Both the position numbers and the translations under genes were made by a program. Below, piece after piece: positions 26,253 through 33,538 of a stretch of 64,000 nt of DNA (the first letter of the stretch is position 1; every line of letters starts with the position of its first letter). The notes beneath the pieces are model-generated. The model saw only the letters and a program-made list of their open reading frames with translations. It was not told the DNA's origin and did not search any database. The DNA is from Kiritimatiellia bacterium (lineage in GTDB: Bacteria; Verrucomicrobiota; Kiritimatiellia; RFP12; UBA1067), in assembly GCA_051884875.1 (NCBI GenBank), contig JBJEWD010000020.1, forward strand, positions 101,011 to 165,010. The letters run 5' to 3'.

Positions 26253-27076
26253 GGCTCGTCCTCCCCGGTCACGATGCGGGCGGCGCCGAAGCGATCGACC
26301 TTGATGAGCAGACCCGATTCGGGATTCGTGCCGCCGCAGTAGACCCGGACCTGATGCGGTTCGCAGCATCCGTTGGTGCCCCAGACGACATCCACGCGTT
26401 CCTGCCGGTCGTCGGAAGCCGTTGCCGCCGTGTCGGTCGCCGCCGCGTCCGTCTCCTCCTTCTTCTCGGCGCTTGCCTTGCGCGTCTCGTCGTCACGGAG
26501 TTTCCCGACGAGATAATCGACGTTGGAGAAGACCGAGATCTTCGCCTTGCTCTTCTCGGCCTCGGGGTCGTCGGCGGAGGAGAGCACGTCCTCGCCCTTC
26601 TCGACCTTGATGCAGATGCCCTTCATGACCGTATCGTCGATCGGCGCGAAGAGCACGTCTTCAAACGTTTCGCCGGTCGGCGTCTCCTCCGGCTCCTCGG
26701 TCTTGCCCTCGATGACGACGGCGGCGCGCTTGTCCGGTTCCGCCGGCTCCTCGTCGCCGTTCAGATAGACGAGTTCGCCGCGCAGATTCGTCGCCGTCGC
26801 CTTGTCGTCGTTCGAGAAGATCCGCGCGGCGGTGATCTCGACCTTGGCCGAGACCTCGCCGCCGATCTCCGTCGAGGAATAGGTCACGATGCAGGGCTGG
26901 CGCGTCACCAAGGCCTTCGCCCGCGCCAGGCGCATCGTCGCGTAGATGTCGCGCGCGGCGCCCTTGAGGCGCGCGCCTTCGCGACCGGTCGCGTACTCCA
27001 CGACCGCCGCCGTCGCCATGATGCCGATGATGGCGATGACGACCAGCAGTTCGATGAGCGTAAACGCCTGGCGCAC
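26249..27076 (-). CDS. gspH: GspH-like pseudopilin with a long acidic insertion
   Basis: MRQAFTLIELLVVIAIIGIMA is a prepilin motif. At 275 aa it carries Glu/Asp/Lys-rich stretches (EEPAEPDK.., EAEKSKAK.., ASAEKKEETDAAATD). Confidence 0.6.
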   Translation of the reverse strand: MRQAFTLIELLVVIAIIGIMATAAVVEYATGREGARLKGAARDIYATMRLARAKALVTRQPCIVTYSSTEIGGEVSAKVEITAARIFSNDDKATATNLRGELVYLNGDEEPAEPDKRAAVVIEGKTEEPEETPTGETFEDVLFAPIDDTVMKGICIKVEKGEDVLSSADDPEAEKSKAKISVFSNVDYLVGKLRDDETRKASAEKKEETDAAATDTAATASDDRQERVDVVWGTNGCCEPHQVRVYCGGTNPESGLLIKVDRFGAARIVTGEDEP

Positions 27077-27100
27077 GGGAGGGATTCCGTCGTGGGAGGG

Positions 27101-27541
27101 TTAGTTCTCGTTCTTGGCCTTGGACTTCACCTTGTCGCTGCGGATGTCGTCCTCGGTTCCCTCTTCGCGGTCGGGGCCGAACGAGACGATGGCGAAACGC
27201 TTGCCGCGCTTCTCGTACTTGTACTCGCTGCCCCACGGGTCGATCAGCACGTCCTCGCCGCCGTCGATCACCGGCGGATGCTCGTCGTCGCCCTCAACCA
27301 GCTGGCGGAGGCTGTCGAAGCGCTTGCCCGGATATTTCATCTGGAACGCCGTTACGCCCTGCTTGAGCGTCTGCACGTTCTGCCGCGCGGAATCTTCCTT
27401 CGCGTCATCCAGCAGCGCCGGGATGCCGACGACCGCCGCCGTCGCCAGAATACCGATGATAGCGACCGCGACCAGGATTTCGATGAGCGTGAAGCCAGAG
27501 CGCATCGTCTGGACCGTCGCGTTTTCAACCTTCTTGTTCAC
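27101..27541 (-). CDS. gspG: Type II secretion major pseudopilin GspG
   Basis: SGFTLIEILVAVAIIGILA plus the GspG-specific DPWGSEYKY....SFGPD...GTEDDI. GTG start with GGAG 9 nt upstream. Confidence 0.8.
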   Translation of the reverse strand: MNKKVENATVQTMRSGFTLIEILVAVAIIGILATAAVVGIPALLDDAKEDSARQNVQTLKQGVTAFQMKYPGKRFDSLRQLVEGDDEHPPVIDGGEDVLIDPWGSEYKYEKRGKRFAIVSFGPDREEGTEDDIRSDKVKSKAKNEN

Positions 27542-27616
27542 TTGTTGTATCTCCTTCCTTATGCATTGTATTAGTTTGTTCCTAAATCCTCCGGGCGTGA
27601 CGGGCGGCGCGCGTCA

Positions 27617-28060
27617 TCACCGCCGCTCCGACAGGAATTCCCGGACATCCGGCGGACGGTAGGCGTTCAGCAGGGCTTTCGCCACCGTCCGGCCGTCACG
27701 CGTGATGGCACAGTCGAAACTCGCCGCCGTCGCATCGGAGAAGACGCAGACCGCCGTAATCAGATAACGTGCGCCGACGTCAAACCGCGCGACATCGAGA
27801 TCCAGCCGCCGCGTACCCAGCAGGAACCCCGGACGCGCGGGGCCGGTGCACCCCTCCGCGCGATCGGCCGCCCCCACCAGCGCCGCCGCCGTCTGGGCCA
27901 TGAACTCGATCGCCGCCCAGTTCTCGCACCATTCGCGCCGTACCGTGACCGCTGCCGTGAGCGTGCCCGCCGCCGGATCGCACGAGACGATCTCGTCGAT
28001 CAGGACCATCGGTTTCCGATGCGGCAGGACGTCATCAAGCGGTAAGGATGATGCTGGCAT
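27617..28060 (-). CDS. Hotdog-fold 3-hydroxyacyl-ACP dehydratase-like protein (ApeP/FabZ-like)
   Basis: LPHRKPMVLIDEI... and ...AAIEFMAQTAAAL... resemble ApeP-type dehydratases. Start at ATG 28060 (MPASSLPL). Confidence 0.6.
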   Translation of the reverse strand: MPASSLPLDDVLPHRKPMVLIDEIVSCDPAAGTLTAAVTVRREWCENWAAIEFMAQTAAALVGAADRAEGCTGPARPGFLLGTRRLDLDVARFDVGARYLITAVCVFSDATAASFDCAITRDGRTVAKALLNAYRPPDVREFLSERR

Positions 28061-29159
28061 TCGCGCCTCCAAAGGCAAAGCTGTTGCTGAGTGCGGTGTT
28101 GCAAAGCCCCGACTGGACGAGCAGCGCGCAGACCGCCGCCTCGACGGCACCCGCCGCGCCGAGACAATGCCCCGTATACCGCTTGGTGCTCTCGCACACG
28201 ACCGACGCGGACGGGTGCCCCGTGAGATGGCCGGCGATCCAATCCGGCCAGATGCGTCCGACGGCCTGCGTCTCCATGGCGTCATTTGCCGGGGTCCCCG
28301 TACCGTGGAGATTGACGTAGTCAACGTCCGCCGGCCGCAGTCCCGCATCCGCCAGAGCCGCGCGCATCGCCGCCTCCGCCCCGCGTCCCCCGGGTTCGGG
28401 CGCGGTCGCGTGGTAGGCGTCGCTCGTCTCGCCGACGCCCGCGAGGACGACGCCCGCATCGCCGCGGGTCATGACGAAGAGCGCCACGCCTTCGCCGAGG
28501 TTGATGCCGTCGCGATCCGCCGCCAGCGGACGGCAACGGCCTTCACTCAACGCGCCCAGCGCATGGAAGCCGTTCAAAGCGAAGCGGCAGCGCCCGTCGA
28601 CCCCGCCCGTAATGACCGCGTCGCAATGCCCGCACGCGATAAGCCGCCGTGCGGCGGCGAATGCCTTGGCCGCGCTGGAACAGGCGGTGGAGACCGTATA
28701 GGCGGGGCCCTCCACGCCAAGGAGCTCCTTGAGATACAGGGACGGCGTGCCCAGCTCGAGCATGGAGAAATCGAACTCGGAAGGCTTGGGCGCGGATGGG
28801 TCGGCGGCGCGACGGTCGATCCAGCGCTCCACCAGACCGAACGCCTCGTGAACGCCCGTATTGCTCGACCCGAGGACGATCCCGACGCGCGCGGGCCCGA
28901 ACGCCCGCACGGCCGCCCGCAGCTCGGGCATCTCCCGCACCGCGAGGGCGAGAAGGCGGTTGGTGCGCGTGCGGCCGCGCAGATCCTCCGCCGGCGGAAG
29001 CGTCGCCGTAACGGATCCAAACCACAACCGGCGGCCGGGCACATCGCCCGCGATCTCCCGCATTCCCGGGGCCTCGCCCTTCAGGTAATTCGCAAGCGTC
29101 TCGGTATTGCCCGTACCGAGCGCCGAAGCCGTGAAGAAACTGGAAAGAACGAAACTCAT
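28035..29159 (-). CDS. Beta-ketoacyl-ACP synthase (KAS I/II-like)
   Basis: Active-site TACSSAAKAF (Cys), plus HGTGTPAND and GHCLGAAG (His/His). The ATG at 29159 overlaps the upstream stop (ATGA). Confidence 0.8.
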   Translation of the reverse strand: MSFVLSSFFTASALGTGNTETLANYLKGEAPGMREIAGDVPGRRLWFGSVTATLPPAEDLRGRTRTNRLLALAVREMPELRAAVRAFGPARVGIVLGSSNTGVHEAFGLVERWIDRRAADPSAPKPSEFDFSMLELGTPSLYLKELLGVEGPAYTVSTACSSAAKAFAAARRLIACGHCDAVITGGVDGRCRFALNGFHALGALSEGRCRPLAADRDGINLGEGVALFVMTRGDAGVVLAGVGETSDAYHATAPEPGGRGAEAAMRAALADAGLRPADVDYVNLHGTGTPANDAMETQAVGRIWPDWIAGHLTGHPSASVVCESTKRYTGHCLGAAGAVEAAVCALLVQSGLCNTALSNSFAFGGANASIILTA

Positions 29160-29863
29160 TGCGACTTGGACACGAGAAACGCCGTGGCATCCGCCATCGC
29201 GCGATCGGTCAGCGCCGTCAACGTCCAGCACTGCAGCGTATTGTCGGAGGTCTGATCGGAACCTGCGGGGCTCAGGAACGGGAGCGGTCCCCAGACCGCA
29301 GCCGATCCCTTCTGCGTATAGTCCGCGCGCATCGCCAGCGCACCCGAGGCGACATCGTAGATCCGCAGTTTCGCCGTCCACGTCTGCACCCCGTAGTCCG
29401 CGCTGAAAGCGGAAAGGATGAGCCACAGCGCCTCCGCCGTGCGGTCGCCGTCCGTGACGATGGGACCGGCGAACTTCACCTCGACGCGGTAGGTCGCCCC
29501 CGTGGCGTTGACACTGAACCCCGCGCCCTCCAAGGCCTCCTGCGCCCGCTCGACGAAAGCCGACGTGGATCGGGGCTGCGGCATATAGGCGGTCGTCGCA
29601 TACGTCTCGGGCACGGTGTAGCCGCCGCAGTAGTGACCATGGCGCGTGTACACCGGCATATGGCGGTAGACGGTCTCATACCCGTAGATCGGCACGTAGG
29701 TCGTCAGCGTTGCCTCGAAGCCCGTCAGCTGAACCGACATCGACCGGCCTTCCGGCAGACACGACATCTGCACTTCGGGGTATTCCGAATGATGCACGGT
29801 GAAGCACCCCGCGAGAAGCGCCGCCGCACCCGCGACCGACAGCAGCTGGAATCCCTTCGTCAT
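29156..29863 (-). CDS. Lipoprotein of unknown function
   Basis: MTKGFQLLSVAGAAALLAGC is a signal peptide with lipobox LAGC. Translationally coupled on both sides (ATGA overlaps). Confidence 0.7.
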   Translation of the reverse strand: MTKGFQLLSVAGAAALLAGCFTVHHSEYPEVQMSCLPEGRSMSVQLTGFEATLTTYVPIYGYETVYRHMPVYTRHGHYCGGYTVPETYATTAYMPQPRSTSAFVERAQEALEGAGFSVNATGATYRVEVKFAGPIVTDGDRTAEALWLILSAFSADYGVQTWTAKLRIYDVASGALAMRADYTQKGSAAVWGPLPFLSPAGSDQTSDNTLQCWTLTALTDRAMADATAFLVSKSQ

Positions 29864-32316
29864 TTCATCATCTCCTTCGCCTTCTTCTTCAGCTCCACCG
29901 CCAGCTCGGACTTGCCGAGCATCCGCATGCAATCCGCATACCGCAGCAGCGCCGCCGCATTCTTCGGACGGATGACAAGCATCATTTCGTAGCAACTCGC
30001 GGCGCCCTTGAAATTGCCGACCTGCTCCATCGCCGTGGCATTGATCTGCAGCCGGAAAAGCCGCTCCAGCATCATCGGATCGTGACCGTTGTGCAATCCC
30101 GCCGCCTCCCACTTGCCGACGACCTCGTCTATCCTGGATTCCTGGTTCCCGTCCCCGAGCGTGCGCGCCACCATGGAGCCCTCCAGGAAGAGCCGCCGCG
30201 CCACCTGCACCCGGTGGATGTCGCGCCCCAGCGCCGCGAAGATGTCCGCGTCCACGTCGTTCGTGATCCAGTCCACCGTCGGAATCTCCTTGGCGACAAA
30301 GAACTCGGGGCGCACGCGCTGATGGAGGTCGCCTTGCGCAAAGGCCCCCATCACCTCCTCGCGCGTACCGACATAGCTCGCAAAGAGTTCGGGCAGCGAA
30401 TTGCATTCCGCCGCCGCCAGATCGGCCAGCGCCGCGTCACTGCGGGTGAAGAAATCGAGCATCGCCCCCAGCTTGAGCCGACGCGGCACGCGGCGTCCCG
30501 CGAGCACCCATTCGAATTCCGACGGCATCCAGAGATGCACCTCCTGACACGGGAAGGCGGTGAGCTGCCGCCGGAAATCCGCCGCCGACATGTCCTTGAC
30601 GTTGAGGCACCAGACGAGGACGCCGTTTCTGGAAAGCCGCGCCAGCGGCGCCTCCCACGCGCAATCCGCCCCTGTTGCCAGCACGATGTCATATCGCCCC
30701 GACTCCGTGCCGCGGACGCATCTGAGTCCCGCATGCTCAAAGGCAGCGCGGTATTTTTCCGCCGCCAGATCGGCCAGCAGCACGCGCTTCGCGTCCGGCT
30801 TCTCCGTCATCGCGATATGCGCCGACAGGGTCCATAGCAGCTTGAACGGAATCTCCACGGCCTCAGGCGCCAGCGGCGGCGGCGTCCAGACGGACTTGAT
30901 CGCCGTCACGCCGCCCGCCAGCCCGGCGAGGAAGAGTAACGTCGCCCAGACGCCCTTCCACGCACTGCCGCCGCCATGGCGCGGATGCACGGGCGGCCGC
31001 TTCGGAATAGCCGACGCGATGGCCGACACGCACTTCGGCACTACGCCGCAGCGCCGTTCAACCGCCCGTCGGGCGCGCGCACCCAGGCCGCCGTCGCCAT
31101 CCGCGAACCAGCCGCCGATCGTCTTCGCAAGCCCCGCCTCGTCCGCCACCTGCACGATGCCCCCGCCCTCCAGGAGATCGCTCATGACGGGACGGAAGTT
31201 CTCCGTATAGGGGCCGACTACCGTCGGCTTGCCGCAGAGGCACGGCTCGATCATGTTCTGGCTGCCATGCGCACAGAGCGATTTGCCGACGAACACGGCG
31301 TCGGCGATTCCGTAAAGCCCCATCAGCTCCCCCGTGGTGTCGGCAAGGAAGACGGGCGGGACGCCGTCACCGCCCGAAGACGGCCGGTCGCCCCGGCTCC
31401 GCCGCACACAGGCGAACCCCGCCCGACGGATATTGGCCTCGACCGCATCGGCCTTCTCGAAGTGTCGCGGCGCGATCACCAGACGGGGCGAGTGCGCCGG
31501 AACCGCCGTGCCGGCGAGCGTCCGGTAGACCCTGAGCAACGCCGCGTCTTCGCCCGGCCAGGTGGAACCGCCGAGCAGAATCCACGCGCCGACGGGCGGG
31601 TCGATCCACGCGCGCAGTTCCGCCTCTTTCGCAGGATCGCGGCGCGCGACATCGAACTTGAAGCTGCCCGTAACCGAAACACGATTCGCCGGCGCACCCG
31701 CCGCCAGCAGACGCGCGCGATCGCATTCGCTCTGCGCAAAGATGTGCGCGAAGCAGCCGAAGACGTCCCGGAAGAACCAGCGTGCGGCCTTGTAGCGCGG
31801 CGCACTGCGGTCGCTGACGCGGGCGTTGACGAGGAAGAGCGGTATCCCGAGTTTCTTCGCCCGACGGATGAAGACGGGCCAGATCTCGCTTTCGGTGAGC
31901 ACGATCGCGCGCGGGCGCACCGCCGCCAGCGCACTCTTCACGAAACTCGGGAAGTCGAGCGGATTGTAGATGAGCACGTCGCGCGCCGAAACCTCGCGCG
32001 CAGCCATCCGCCACCCCGTCGAACTCGTCGTCGAAAAACAGAAGCGCACGCCCGGCTCAACCTGACGCCATTCGCGCATCAGCTGACCCGCGACCTGGAC
32101 CTCGCCCACGCTGACGGCGTGCAGCCAGACGAAACCGTTCCCTTCCGCCAACGCCGCCACGACCGCCTTCGGGTAGATTCCGAAACGGTCCAGCATCCGC
32201 GCACGATAACCTCCCCGGCGCAGCATCCGCAGGAGGAACCCCGGCAGCATGAACGGGAAGGCCAGCGCGAAAAGGAGATTATAGGCGATCCACTTCAACG
32301 CTTCAGAGCTCGGCAT
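29860..32316 (-). CDS. waaA: Kdo transferase WaaA (GT30) fused to a TM plus a spermidine-synthase-like/TPR C-terminal region
   Basis: The N-terminal region of about 430 aa has ERFG-type start LDRFGIYP, WLHAVSVGE, ESEIWP, LVNARVS and GGS...GSQNMIEP. A TM follows (VWATLLFLAGLAGGV), then about 380 aa resembling degenerate spermidine-synthase-like modules with a TPR-like tail. Confidence 0.8.
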   Translation of the reverse strand: MPSSEALKWIAYNLLFALAFPFMLPGFLLRMLRRGGYRARMLDRFGIYPKAVVAALAEGNGFVWLHAVSVGEVQVAGQLMREWRQVEPGVRFCFSTTSSTGWRMAAREVSARDVLIYNPLDFPSFVKSALAAVRPRAIVLTESEIWPVFIRRAKKLGIPLFLVNARVSDRSAPRYKAARWFFRDVFGCFAHIFAQSECDRARLLAAGAPANRVSVTGSFKFDVARRDPAKEAELRAWIDPPVGAWILLGGSTWPGEDAALLRVYRTLAGTAVPAHSPRLVIAPRHFEKADAVEANIRRAGFACVRRSRGDRPSSGGDGVPPVFLADTTGELMGLYGIADAVFVGKSLCAHGSQNMIEPCLCGKPTVVGPYTENFRPVMSDLLEGGGIVQVADEAGLAKTIGGWFADGDGGLGARARRAVERRCGVVPKCVSAIASAIPKRPPVHPRHGGGSAWKGVWATLLFLAGLAGGVTAIKSVWTPPPLAPEAVEIPFKLLWTLSAHIAMTEKPDAKRVLLADLAAEKYRAAFEHAGLRCVRGTESGRYDIVLATGADCAWEAPLARLSRNGVLVWCLNVKDMSAADFRRQLTAFPCQEVHLWMPSEFEWVLAGRRVPRRLKLGAMLDFFTRSDAALADLAAAECNSLPELFASYVGTREEVMGAFAQGDLHQRVRPEFFVAKEIPTVDWITNDVDADIFAALGRDIHRVQVARRLFLEGSMVARTLGDGNQESRIDEVVGKWEAAGLHNGHDPMMLERLFRLQINATAMEQVGNFKGAASCYEMMLVIRPKNAAALLRYADCMRMLGKSELAVELKKKAKEMMK

Positions 32317-32914
32317 GCGCCGGGACGTCGGCCTTCACGCCCACGCCACAGCTGATGGTGGCGTTCGCGCCAATGTCAATCCACGGCATGGTGGAGGAAT
32401 TGGCGAAGAAGGAAACCGCCTCGCCAACCTTCACGCCGGCGGCGATCACCGTACCCGGCCCCACGTTCACGAAATCGCCGAGGACGGCATCGTGGCAGAT
32501 GACCGCGTTCGACCCCACGAGCACGAACTTGCCGAGATCCGTACCGACCTGGATGACCGCACCGGCGCCGATGAAGGAACCGTGCTTGAACTCGGTGGTC
32601 GGGGATATCTGCGCCTTGGGATCGATCAGCGCCGGAAAATCATGTCCGCGCAGACGGCGGTACATATCCGCACGCTTGGTGTTGTTGCCGATGGCGACGA
32701 AGACCGAGGCGCCTGGATAGTCCCGCGAGGCCGTCTCAACCGTGCCGAGGATCGGATAGCCCTCGAAGTTGTCGCCCTTCGTCCACTTCGGATCGTCGTC
32801 GGCATAACCGAGGATGTTCCATGCAGGCTGCTGCGACAGCGAATTGATGCGCTCGACCGTCCAAATGGCCTCGCGACCGAAGCCACCGGCACCGACAATA
32901 ATCAAATCTCTCAT
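32303..32914 (-). CDS. NeuD/PglD-family sugar N-acetyltransferase (left-handed beta-helix)
   Basis: LIIVGAGGFGRE is the N-terminal Rossmann-like part, followed by hexapeptide repeats (IGAGAVI..VGSNAVI..VGPGTVI). Perfect SD AAGGAGG. Confidence 0.8.
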   Translation of the reverse strand: MRDLIIVGAGGFGREAIWTVERINSLSQQPAWNILGYADDDPKWTKGDNFEGYPILGTVETASRDYPGASVFVAIGNNTKRADMYRRLRGHDFPALIDPKAQISPTTEFKHGSFIGAGAVIQVGTDLGKFVLVGSNAVICHDAVLGDFVNVGPGTVIAAGVKVGEAVSFFANSSTMPWIDIGANATISCGVGVKADVPAHAEL

Positions 32915-32926
32915 ACGTACCTCCTT

Positions 32927-33538
32927 ATGGTCTCTAAAATTATATCAAAATTTGCTACAATATGGGCGGTGAAACGAACATTCGACATTCTGTTGACGCT
33001 TCTTGCGGCGCCGCTCTGGATTCCCCTCGCGCTCCTCGTCGCCCTTGCCGTCCGTGCGACCATGGGCGCGCCCGTGCTGTTCATCCAAGAACGGGCGGGG
33101 CGGGGCGGCAGGCCCTTCCGCTTCCGCAAATTCCGCACGATGCGCGGCGGTTCCGGCACGGATGCCGAGCGGACGACCCGTCTCGGGCATTTTCTGCGCC
33201 AGTCCTCGCTGGACGAACTGCCGCAGCTCCTCCATGTCCTCTCGGGCAGGATGTCCCTCGTCGGTCCCCGCCCCCTTCCCGTCGCCTATCTGCCGCGCTA
33301 CTCCGCCGAACAGGCCCGTCGCCACGAGGTGCGCCCCGGCATCACGGGCTGGGCCCAGGTCAATGGCCGCAACGCGCTCTCCTGGGAGGAGAAGTTCCGC
33401 CTCGACGTCTGGTACGTCGACAACCGCACCCTCCTCCTCGACCTCCGAATACTGTGGCGGACGGTCTTCAAGACCGCCCGCCGGGAGGGCGTCAACCACG
33501 CCGAAGGCGAAACGATGCCCGAGTTCCGCGGCCGTTAA
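32927..33538 (+). CDS. Small bacterial sugar phosphotransferase (PglC/WbaP C-terminal-type, polyprenyl-phosphate glycosyl-1-P transferase)
   Basis: KRTFDILLTLLAAPLW..., ...FIQERAGRGGRPFRFRKFRTM..., DELPQL....MSLVGPRP. An alternative, possibly leaderless, GTG start lies at 32969. Confidence 0.8.
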   Translation: MVSKIISKFATIWAVKRTFDILLTLLAAPLWIPLALLVALAVRATMGAPVLFIQERAGRGGRPFRFRKFRTMRGGSGTDAERTTRLGHFLRQSSLDELPQLLHVLSGRMSLVGPRPLPVAYLPRYSAEQARRHEVRPGITGWAQVNGRNALSWEEKFRLDVWYVDNRTLLLDLRILWRTVFKTARREGVNHAEGETMPEFRGR

